A stretch of DNA of 60,912 nt, counting the filler, from Stramenopiles sp. TOSAG23-6 (lineage: Eukaryota): the NCBI GenBank assembly GCA_900128565.1. It is 11 parts of 11 records of this genome, joined end to end, with 100 filler letters (N's around TTAATTAATTAA, not from the genome) between each part and the next. Parts side by side here need not be neighbours in the genome. Positions count along the whole stretch, not along the records: positions 44,448 to 49,876 come from LT636909.1; positions 49,977 to 55,401 come from LT636910.1; positions 55,502 to 60,912 come from LT636911.1; 8 more parts are not named here. One strand, given 5' to 3'. This document shows, piece by piece, positions 45,079 to 55,583 of this stretch; position 1 is the stretch's first letter; the number at the start of each line of letters is the position of its first letter. Under the pieces are notes generated by a model. That model was not told the origin of the DNA and did not search any database. It worked only from the letters and a program-made list of their open reading frames with translations. The position numbers and the translations under genes are program-made.

Positions 45079-47630
45079 TCATTTCATACCTCTCATTTTT
45101 TCTTTTTCATCTTCTTGTTCTTCTTTTATTTTAATTGATTCCCAATCGACCGAGACTTTCTTATTATATTTTTGAAAATTCGAATCTGTTTCTTTCTTTT
45201 GCCGTGTATTGTAAAAAAATATTGTAGAAAAAAAATTGTTAGATACGAAATTTCGTACGAAAAAAAAACAATTTAAAATTCATCATGAAATACGTACGTT
45301 GTTCCAAGTAATTTTGTCGGTATCCTACAACTGTATCTACATGTGTTTGATTCTTAGTAGCTAATTTTAGTGCTCTTTTCCATCGAAACAATCGAATATT
45401 TAATTTAATTGCTCTATATATCATGGGTGGGGATGCTTGCAGCAAAATATTTTCGGCTTCATCAATGGCACCCCGATACACAGCTAATTCGGCATTTCTT
45501 CTTTCTTCAACTGGTATACCTTTCATATACAAAACAAATTGTAGTTTTGCCATTTCGGAAACTTTTGCAAGAGCTATTTCAGCAGTGCTAAGATGTCTAC
45601 CCCACAATGCCATTGAAGCTAGTGCAGCCCAAAGTTCCTTCCTTTTCACAAATCTACACAATGTATTGTGAAAATATTTTTTTTGTAACAAAATTTGTTA
45701 GGTACAAATTTTCGTACGAAAACAAAATTTAATTTGAAATTTAATTTTGAAAACGTACATCGAACAGCTTCATTCCACTGCTGCTTTACAATAAATGCAT
45801 ATAATAATGGTGGATACGGTGATACTGAAGCAGTAACAATGGATCCATCAGATTTTCTTACTGTAACCCGGGAACCAAAGTTTGAAACAATAAAAGGATG
45901 TTTACCAAAGCTTGCCGCATCACTGACAATTTTTGTTTGTTCAAGTAAGTCTTTATCCACATAAACGCTATGTGGATAAACCCATGTAACAAGTTTACCA
46001 TCTGTACAAGCAGAGAGCATGAATTGTAAAAAAATATTTATTTTTTGTAAAATTTGTTAGGTACAAAATTTTCATAGTAAAAAAAACAAATTTTGAAAAA
46101 AAAAACATACATGTCAGAAGAATCATTCCATTCTGATGTATCGCACATGGTGACAAGCTTTACTGGTTTTTGTCCCAGTTTTACGACATAAAGATCACGA
46201 TTTGAATCTACAAAAGAGATCATTGGATCTCTAGACTTTGTAAATTGACTCAAATCTAATTCTTGGATATCACGTGAATGCACTATAGGTTTACCTCTAG
46301 GTTGTCCTGTGTGTACATCAAACACTATGAAACTTTTACGCATCGACGAATTGAGAATTGCTATTTTGTCTGCACTGAGGGATATAGCACGCTCATTCAG
46401 CATTTCTGCGCGCAATCCTTTAAATCTAGGATTAGACAAAACACGACCTTCATAATTATATACTTGAATGCCAGCAATAGCATTCACCATTACGAACAAA
46501 CAATCACTTTGAATAATCATTGTTGGAGGATGTCTTAAATCAAATATATGCGGCGTGTTATAGTTATCCACAGAGTAAATATGACATTGAGAAGATGTAG
46601 TCACAATTAAATGACCAAATGCAATAGACATGTCAATCACACGGCTACGGAAATCAATTTTTTCACTGTTTTCAGTCATGCAATTCATTACTTCTATTCG
46701 ATTTGCATCGGTTAGAGTCACTTCAATGTTTTTCCATTCCAAACGTCGATTGACCAAAGTACTAATAATAACACTCCCAACGCCACCGGCACCAGCACAG
46801 CTTGTACCATCATCAGTCCACGCCAAGCGTAAAAGTGAACCACTCTGAAGTCGAGATCTTGAATAAGACCAACCTGTTTGATCACAGAGCCGAAGTAAGT
46901 TATATGATCCAACAGAAAAACATTCACCAGTTGGAGACCAGGCGATAGAAGTAATGACATAGTCAAATGGGGCACTCGAGTACAAAAGACGCCCATATGA
47001 ATCCCACACTTTATATTTACAGTCTTCACCACATGAAATAATCTTACCATTCACTGGATTCCAGTCTGCTTCAGTGACAATACCATCGTGCGCTTTCCAT
47101 TGAAGATGTTTCCGATCAATCTTTGTTGTTTTTATTAACAAATCCCGACCCTGGGTAAATAAAAGTTGATCATCATTAGGTGCCCATCGTACACTATATA
47201 TTGGATGTTTTGATTTCATGATTGTGGCTCTTAACTGTCCCGTGCGGGAAAAAGTTTTCACTGCTCCATCCTCACCACCAGTTACAATTACATTTCCTTG
47301 AAAACTCCAACGAACGCAAATGACAGCACCACGATGAGCTTCAATTTTTTTTTCTATACGACCAGATTTATGTATCAGACAAAACGAACCATCTGTACAC
47401 CCGGAAACGAACATATCTGCTACCATATTATGTGTTGTAGGCTGCCAATGAAGACTTGTTACATAAGTGTTAAATGTAACTAAAGTTGGTTTGAGGAGTT
47501 CTCCACTGGTTGACCACAGGCTGATTGTTTTATCATCTGATGCTGCAATTACTTCATTATTTGGAGTAAATTCAACTGCTGATACAACTTCGTCGTGATG
47601 CCGCTGTACTTTTGCAATATCAAGTCGCAT
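45079..47630 (-). CDS. IFT80: Intraflagellar transport protein 80, complete, 4 exons (introns 46019-46110 GT-AT, 45661-45758 GT-AT, 45204-45297 GT-AC)
   Basis: WD40 repeats WKAHDGIV..WNPVN..SCGEDCKYKVWDSYGRLLYSS, RLCDQTGWSYS; spliced EAVR|LCRFVK and YLEQ|RQKKETD..VDWESIK. Confidence 0.96.
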
Positions 47631-47933
47631 TTTACTTTTGCTAATTGTCCAGAAAGATAAAAACCGTAGTATAATTATCTACTTTGTCGGTTGAAAACCA
47701 AATCTTTTTTGGAACCGTTATAACTTATAACGTCCTTTTTGAAACGAACACGAAATCTCAAAATCTCAAAAACAAAAAACCGTTACAAAATATATGACAT
47801 CTTCCTTTTTTGATCGTCCAGAATGTTTACACACGGCTTTTTACTTTAACAAGATTCAATATTATTATATTATTATATTTTTCTGTACAACAAAGTAAAT
47901 AAATATAAACGAATATATACAAAAAAATATAAA

Positions 47934-49115
47934 ATGTCACATGCTGTTCGTACAGCAAAACCAAAGTTAAGAAATAGAAAAAAGAATATAGGCATTCCTG
48001 GAAGCCCTATCGGCCCAGGTCTAATTGACGACAATGGGATATATTCAAGTATGCGTAGCTTACTCTCTCAAGCTTTCGATGATTTTGACACAGACAAAAA
48101 TGGATATATAGATGCCGAAGAACTCGAAAACCTCTGTAAAATGTTAGGCTCTAGACTATCAAAACAGCAAGTAGAAGAATTACTTCAGGAATTAGATACT
48201 AATAGAAGTGGTTCCGTCGATAAAACCGAGTTTATTGCGTGGTGGTTGAATAAAAAAAACGAAGCTAGAAGGAAGTTACGAGCAGAAAAACTTGGTACAA
48301 AGCCAGGCAAAAATAGATCTCAAATGTACAGTACACATCTACTACCGCAACTCCCCGGAGCAGCCCCGGTACGATTATTGGATGCGAGACGCAATCGAAA
48401 GTTGACAGACCGAGATACTGAAATGTTAAGAAATCGTGTAAAACTTTTAAAAGTAGAAGAACTCAAAACATTAAAGCGTATATCAGATGCAAACTACCAA
48501 GCTGCTAAAATATTTAAGAGGAAACAAACACAGACAAATAAAATGATGCGGCGAGTGGAAAACGCGAGAACAGAACTAAAGAGAAATAGGACAGCACAGG
48601 AGCAAAACTATGTATGTTTTATTTTTTTCAATTTTTTATCTAATTTTGTTTTCGTACTAAATTTTGTACCTAACGATTTTTTTTTGAAATATTTTTTCAC
48701 AATATATGTCAAAAAAGAACTTGCCAGAATTTCTAAATTGAAAGCAGCTCGAGCAGTGGTAGCACGAAAGAATGCAGCTGCTCAACATATAAAAAATGAA
48801 AGAAAAAGATTGAACAACATTAAAAAACAAGAAAATGATCAATTGAGATCAAAGAGATCTAAAAGAAAAAAACAAATTTTGTCGATCCGTCAAAAAGTCT
48901 TTGAAGAAAAGTTGAAACGAGAAGACGAAAGAGCCGAACAAGCTGAACTTGTCTATTTATCGAGAGTAATGCACGAACAACAATTACAGAGGGAAAAGGA
49001 ACAGACTCTTCGTGAATTAGAAAAAAGAGAAGCTGAATTAATTGGTAGATTACAAAATGCACACTTAATGCAAGAAGAAGCTTTACATAGTCTAGGTCGT
49101 GTCTTGACACAATAA
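47934..49115 (+). CDS. EF-hand pair and coiled-coil protein (in-frame 96-nt GT-AT intron 48612-48707)
   Basis: DTDKNGYIDAEE and DTNRSGSVDKTE. The intron reads through as VCFIFF..FVPN..KYFF. Confidence 0.8.
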   Translation: MSHAVRTAKPKLRNRKKNIGIPGSPIGPGLIDDNGIYSSMRSLLSQAFDDFDTDKNGYIDAEELENLCKMLGSRLSKQQVEELLQELDTNRSGSVDKTEFIAWWLNKKNEARRKLRAEKLGTKPGKNRSQMYSTHLLPQLPGAAPVRLLDARRNRKLTDRDTEMLRNRVKLLKVEELKTLKRISDANYQAAKIFKRKQTQTNKMMRRVENARTELKRNRTAQEQNYVCFIFFNFLSNFVFVLNFVPNDFFLKYFFTIYVKKELARISKLKAARAVVARKNAAAQHIKNERKRLNNIKKQENDQLRSKRSKRKKQILSIRQKVFEEKLKREDERAEQAELVYLSRVMHEQQLQREKEQTLRELEKREAELIGRLQNAHLMQEEALHSLGRVLTQ

Positions 49116-49233
49116 AATTTCAAAGTGGGAAGGAACAATAACTTTCTCTTGCTTTGTAAATTATACGTATAAATATTTATAACAACTTTTAATTAGTTTA
49201 TTTTCTATAAGACGTTTCGTTGATATCAGTGTT

Positions 49234-49876
49234 TCATTTTGTAATATTCCTCGGAGGTGGAGGATGTGCCCGATGAATGGTTTTTTTTTGAGGAGGATGG
49301 GCATTATAATGCGCCTTTTGAGGAGGAGGACGAGGAGTATAATGTTTTGTTTTACGTGATGGAGGTCGTCTTTGATGAAATTTAGGTATATCCAGTTTCG
49401 ATTTTTGTGGTGGTGTTGGCTTGAGCTTGAGAGGCGACTGTTTTGAAACTTTTCTGGGCTTCTTTTCAACGTCTCCTTCTTTCGCAATTATTATTTCTTC
49501 TTGTTCTTTTTTTACACGTTCGAGCTCTGCTTTTGCTTGGTATTCCTCGTGCTCGGCCTCAACCATTGATCGCTCTAGATTTATACGTTCGACTTCGAAT
49601 TTTGCATCTTCTTCACGGCGTACGCTTTCGGCATACTTCTTATTTGCTTCCTGTTCCTTGCTTATGGCATCAGCTTTAACTCTCTCCAATCGCAATTGCT
49701 CTTTTTCCACTAAGGCTTCTTCTTCTCGGAATGTTTGTTGTTTTAGGCGTAATTTTTCAGCTTCATCGTTTTGTTCTTCTTCAAGGCGTAATCTTTCAGC
49801 CTCATCTTGTTGTTTTTGTTCAAGATGTAATCTTTCAGCATCATCTTGTTGTTCTTCTTCAAGACTTTCAGCTTCA
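49234..49876 (-). CDS. Coiled-coil and Pro-rich protein, C-terminus (5'-partial)
   Basis: EAERLRLEEEQ repeats followed by a PPPQK tail. Confidence 0.6.
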
Positions 49877-50011
49877 NNNNNNNNNNNNNNNNNNNNNNNN
49901 NNNNNNNNNNNNNNNNNNNNTTAATTAATTAANNNNNNNNNNNNNNNNNNNNNNNNNNNNNNNNNNNNNNNNNNNNAAATTTTGTACCTAACATTTTTTT
50001 TTTTTTTTAAA

Positions 50012-52063
50012 TATTTTAACTCTGCCCTACAGTTCTCGATTCGTACACCTGAATTAATGTACACATACTTTGAAGATAATTATCTTGATGCTCCAGACAC
50101 GTTGGGGCCGTTTGACCACGAACAGTTTGGAAAATATTTGCAATCATTGAAACCTATTGTCAACTATCTAATTAAAGGTGCTCCGCCAATGACTGATCAA
50201 AGTCTACTTGCTGTATCTTCGCGAACCTTCATCCGAGGCAGAGAACAAGATGCGGATGAAGCTTTTCAATTTTTCACACAAAATAATCTTAAAGATCGGG
50301 GTTATTTGGTTAATTTTGAGAATTCTCAAACTGGTTCGAAGTTTTCGAAGGAGGACGCTGATCTCGAAGCACGTTTGGAAATTCAAGAAAAGGCACTTCA
50401 GAGGCAAGCCTCAATTACGACTATAAAACATTTGAAAATGAAAGTAACACTAGTTCGTGACATCGAATTACAAGGTAATGAAACATGCGATTCTTTAACA
50501 AAAGACTTAACTCATCAACTGAATATAAATAAACCTGACGAAAATGCAAACGTAATAATTGGGATATACTTGGAGCGATTATCATTTAAAAAAACTAGTG
50601 TAAACAATATTTTTGATTTTCAAGTGATATCATCTAGACAACTACAATCGGAGGAGGATCAGGAGGATCAGGAGGATGATCAGGAGGAGAAGAAGGATCA
50701 GGAGGAGAAGAATGATCAGGAGAATGATCAGGAGAATGATCAGGAGGAGAAGAAGGAGGAGAAGAAGGAGGAACTACAATTGACTAGATGTAGGGTTAAG
50801 TTTGAGTATGAATTAAGAAAAGGGGGAGATGCAGCGAGTATTGATCTTTCTCCAAATTTTAAAGTTCAACTTCAAGAAAAAAAAACCCTTCCAAATGGAA
50901 AAAAGAATACACTTCCTGAATTGATTTCTCGGAGATGTAAAGGGGAAGGTGAACTTGAGGGAGAAAGTTGGGAATGGGATCCCTATAAAGATGTATTCAG
51001 GGGAGGAAATCAAGATAAAAACCAGGTTAAATCGACTAATAATTTCCCGAAGATGAAAAAAAATGCTGACAAAGTGGAACAGCCTGGTGATTTCTTCATT
51101 GAACTTGATGGACATTGTGAGTTTGGTGAAAATGGAATAGTGCTTATGGTCAGTCGGGAAATTGAGGACCCAAAACAAACCCCTCAAAACGCACTCCCAT
51201 TGATTAAACTTACAGATGACATTGATGACTTGACGGAAAAAATTACGATAAATTGGAAGGAATATGAGATTTCTTCATTTATAAAACATCTTGGGGATGG
51301 TAAGGGTGGGCATTACGTTGCATTTCAAGCATGTTATGAACCTATTGATGGTCCATGTACAGATGATGAGTATGCAACACTATACAATGATAATCATACA
51401 CCTGAACTCTTAACAAAAAAACGATTTTTGGAAGAAGCAAAAAAAGCAAGAGTTCTCTTTTTGAGACCAAAAAAGCGTAAAGATGCGGTGATTAGCTTGC
51501 ACAATCAAGCTAGTTCCAGAAGCAGCGGTAGAACGTTCAAAGGACGAAAGGCTATATATCGTATCTTTGATGAAGTTGTCATATTGCAAGCTTATTTTGA
51601 AAAACATCTTCAACATATTGCTGCAGGTAATCGTGATGTCAACAAGGTTGACAAAAAAGGACGTACACTATTGTATGATGCTTCAAAGAAAGGTTTTGTG
51701 GGAGTAGTTAAACAACTTATCACTGCTGGTGCTGATGTCAATCAGACTGATAATGCCCCATTGTATATTGCTTCATATAAAGGTTATGCAGGAGTAGTCA
51801 AACTACTTATTGATGCTGGAGCTGATGTCAATAAGGCTTTTCAAAATGGAGTTACACCATTGTATGCTGCTTCACATCAAGGTCATGATAAAGTAGTTGA
51901 AGAACTTCTCAAAACAAAGGGAATTGATGTCAATCATCCCAAAAAAAACGGAGTTACGCTATTGCAAAAAGCTTTGAAAGTTGCACAACAGAAAGGTCAT
52001 GTTAGAGTAGTTGAATTACTAAACGCGTATGCTGCTAATGACAATAAGGCTAATGATGACTGA
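50012..52063 (+). CDS. Ubiquitin-specific protease (C19) fused to C-terminal ankyrin repeats (5'-partial)
   Basis: YFNSALQ (end of Cys box), EQDADEAF, HLGDGKGGHYVAF (His box), YNDN, then TPLYAASHQGH ankyrin repeats. Confidence 0.8.
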   Translation, partial: YFNSALQFSIRTPELMYTYFEDNYLDAPDTLGPFDHEQFGKYLQSLKPIVNYLIKGAPPMTDQSLLAVSSRTFIRGREQDADEAFQFFTQNNLKDRGYLVNFENSQTGSKFSKEDADLEARLEIQEKALQRQASITTIKHLKMKVTLVRDIELQGNETCDSLTKDLTHQLNINKPDENANVIIGIYLERLSFKKTSVNNIFDFQVISSRQLQSEEDQEDQEDDQEEKKDQEEKNDQENDQENDQEEKKEEKKEELQLTRCRVKFEYELRKGGDAASIDLSPNFKVQLQEKKTLPNGKKNTLPELISRRCKGEGELEGESWEWDPYKDVFRGGNQDKNQVKSTNNFPKMKKNADKVEQPGDFFIELDGHCEFGENGIVLMVSREIEDPKQTPQNALPLIKLTDDIDDLTEKITINWKEYEISSFIKHLGDGKGGHYVAFQACYEPIDGPCTDDEYATLYNDNHTPELLTKKRFLEEAKKARVLFLRPKKRKDAVISLHNQASSRSSGRTFKGRKAIYRIFDEVVILQAYFEKHLQHIAAGNRDVNKVDKKGRTLLYDASKKGFVGVVKQLITAGADVNQTDNAPLYIASYKGYAGVVKLLIDAGADVNKAFQNGVTPLYAASHQGHDKVVEELLKTKGIDVNHPKKNGVTLLQKALKVAQQKGHVRVVELLNAYAANDNKANDD

Positions 52064-52487
52064 TAAACCCCATTGCAAGTTGCTCAATCTCACAAAGGAA
52101 AAGTTTTAAACCAGCAATACAAGAATGTAATATAGCTGTTACCACGCGCAGTATCAGACAAAACAGGACTCCAAGTGAGATTTGAAGCAATTCAAACGGT
52201 ATAGTATTTTTATTGAGGATAATAATCATGTGATTGCAAGATATGGCAAGTAAAACAATCACCACAAGTAATAACATTATGAACTTGGATATACACATTT
52301 GTATATAATAAAATTATTCATATATCAAAATTATTTTGTTTCTTGTTTTAGTGTATAATAAACTTTGATTACACTGTTATAAAAAAAAATTAAAAATATA
52401 TTTATAATAATTACATTTACTTGATTATAATAAACACATTAAAAATATATTTATATTAATTACATTTACTTGATTGAACCCTATATA

Positions 52488-55307
52488 TTAATTACATTTA
52501 CTTGATTGTACAATACAAACTTTACCTTGTTTTGTTCCATATACAAAACCCATGCCTGGTTTTGGATGAAAAAGAGCAATATTTATATCATCATTGACTT
52601 TTTTAATAGTATTAATAAATTTCATATCTGATGTTCTTACAATAGATGCAATTTTACGATTTTCATTACCCGGTACACCACCATCATTACGTCGTTCATT
52701 ACTTCTTTTTTGATATCCTACAATAATAAAATGACCTGTTGGTGAAAATTTCACGGATGTTATTTCTTTTGCATTTTTAGGTGATACTTTAACTGAAGTA
52801 TATTGTGAAAAAATATTTAAAAAAAAAAAAAAATGTTAGGTACAAAATTTCATACAAAAAAAAAAAGTTTGAAATTGGTAAAAACTATGATATGAAAAAA
52901 AAAATGATGGTATAGGGTTAGGGTTAAAAACGTATATAATTTCACGTCTTTCTTCTCCATTCAATGAAATGACGGCTATACAATATTTTCTTTCACAACA
53001 TTGATTTCTTTCGCTAAATTCTTGAGATTCTGTAGTTTCTGTTGAACATGTTTGTGCCACATTATTATTTATTGTATTCTTTGAAATTTTTATACCAGAA
53101 ATATTTGGACTTTTCCTTTTTTTAGGTAATTTTATTTTTATTTTTGTTTGTTTTTTTTGATTATTATATTTGTATTCTTGTTGATTACGAATAGGGTTAC
53201 TATCAAAATGTATTGTAGGTATATTATCATTTTGATTTCGTTTTTTTCGTTTTGGCCATGACATGGATTTTCGTATATTTCGTGTTTTTTCAAAGTCTAT
53301 TGAAGAAAATTTAATTTTATTATGAAAATGTCTACAAAAATATTCAGAAAATATATTTGCATTATTTACACATTTTGGTATAGAATAATAAAAATTATTT
53401 ACTGTACGTTGATTTGGATTATATACTATATTACAAATTGGAAATTGGATTTTTGGTTTCACCATTCGAAATGGTGTTGGACTAATACTACTACTTTCAT
53501 ATTTCGTGTTTTCATGATTTTTTTTTTTTTCCCCAAAACGTTCCAAAGACAATTTTTTTTTTATTTGTTGTTTTGATTTTTTTTGTTGTTTTGTTTTTTT
53601 TTGTTGTTTTGTTTTTTCAGTAGTTGGTGTTGTCACTTTATATTCAGACAAACCTGTTTCTGTTTCATTATAATGGGGTATATAAGCATGAATAGTGAAA
53701 CGTCCATTTTTAAAAAGATGTGGTTTTTCACCATATAATTTGAAATGCAATTGATATTGAATACTCAATAACATTTCATTATTTATATTGACTTGTTTTG
53801 CAGTTGGAACAAAATTGGCAAAAGCAAATGATTCATCATACAAACAGTTTCGTTCCATTTGAACTTGATTACGTAACAAATTATTATACGAAAAAAACCA
53901 ATCCTCAATAGCTTCATTTGTCTTATTCACGTCAATACAAGCAACAAGTATTGTGAAAAAATATTTCAAAAAAAAAAAATTAAATTTGTTAGGCACGAAA
54001 TTTCGTATGAAAAATTAAAATTTCAAAAAAAAAAAATTAAATTTGTTAGGTACGAAATTTCGTATGAAAAATTAAAATTTCAAAATAAATAAATAAATTA
54101 GACATTCATATAAAACATACAATACAGCTTTCAGAAGGATGAATACCAAAGCCACCATCATTATAGAGTAGAGCATGATCAACAATAACTTGTTTATTTG
54201 ACAACACAAATTGATTTGTAATGTCATTATTACAATATTTCGTGTTTTTTACATGTTTTGTATTTTCACAACGTTTGGATTTTGGAATTTCAATTTCTGT
54301 TTCCAAATCATTCATAGTAATACCTATAGATTGTAAAGCATATATTTTGGAAAAATATTTCAAAAAAAAAATCTAAAAAAAATCGTTAGGTACAAAATTT
54401 TTATAAAAAAATAAATTGAAAAAATATTTCAAAAAAAAATCTAAAAACATTTGTTAGGTACAAAATTTCGTACGAAACCAAAAAAAAAAAATCGTTTTTT
54501 TTTTGGTTTAAAAAAAAAATAAAATAAAACATACATGCCATCGACGTATCCGTGAATTATCATAATTAAATGAATAAAATCCAAAACGAGCTTTACATTG
54601 TGGACATTCTAAAACACCTGACGATTTTGGAATTTCAAGAATTGCTGAACATTTCATTCCACTTCCAATTTTGTTTTCAAAAGTATGTAAAGGTGGATAG
54701 TTTATTTTTTTTTCAAATTCATTATTACATTCATTTGGTTCATTTGGTTCATTTAGTGTATTATCAAAATGTCTATTTGAATTATTATTTGAGTTCTTAT
54801 TTAAAGTATTATTTGAGTTATTATTTGAGTTATTATTTGAGTTCTTAGGAGTATATTCCCAAATTTCACCTTTACATTTTACAAAATTTGTAGCTGTATA
54901 ATCTTTACTAATTAATCTATGTAATACATTTGAATAAGGAACTGGAGACACTTCAGATCGAATGACTGGTAATTCTATTGGAACATTTAATTGATTTTGT
55001 TTTTCTAAATGTAATTTTGTGAGAAATGCATCGATTGAAAAATCATATAGTGTAAAGTATATATCAAATTTAATATTTGTTTAGATTGTATTGTATATTT
55101 TTTTTTTTTTTTTTCAAATTTCAAAATTTTTTTTTTTTTTTAAATTTCAAAATTTTTTTTTTTTTAATTTTAAATGTCTAATGAAAACGTATATATTTCG
55201 TGAGTTGTACTGTATTATTCGGTACCGGGTCTCCCGTTACAGGTAATGTTGTTTCACCTACAATCAAAAACTGTCCAGATGGTGGAAATTCAACACATCG
55301 AAATGCA
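52488..55307 (-). CDS. AMBRA1: AMBRA1-like split WD40 protein, multi-exon, 5'-partial
   Basis: FRCVEFPPSG, LLYNDGGFGIHPSESCI|VACID, ITSVKFSPTGHFIIVGY and DINIALFHPKPGMGFVYGTKQGKV. Confidence 0.7.
53946..54120 (-). mobile_element. Repeat-family intron with apparent GT-TT ends (TT duplication) and a doubled core
   Basis: TGT ATT|GTATGTTTT...CACAATAC TT|GTT GCT TGT, in frame (SCIVAC). Confidence 0.65.
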
Positions 55308-55583
55308 TATAGTATGAAAAAATATTTCAAAAAAAAAATTTAAAGTTTGTTAGGTACAAAATTTTTTTACCAAAAAAAAAAAAAAAAAAAAAAAAAAAAT
55401 TNNNNNNNNNNNNNNNNNNNNNNNNNNNNNNNNNNNNNNNNNNNNTTAATTAATTAANNNNNNNNNNNNNNNNNNNNNNNNNNNNNNNNNNNNNNNNNNN
55501 NATTTCAAAAAAAAAAAACTAAAATTTGTTAGGTACAAAATTTTTATAAAAAAAAATCAAGTTTGAAAAAAAATAAAACATAC

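Larger units (their letters stand above)
5471..55501. other. Ten artificial 100-nt contig spacers at 5471-5570, 11041-11140, 16601-16700, 22160-22259, 27717-27816, 33269-33368, 38813-38912, 44348-44447, 49877-49976 and 55402-55501
   Basis: Identical N44-TTAATTAATTAA-N44 linker with stops in all frames. The intervening contigs decrease in length: 5470, 5460, 5459, 5457, 5452, 5444, 5435, 5429, 5425. Confidence 0.98.
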
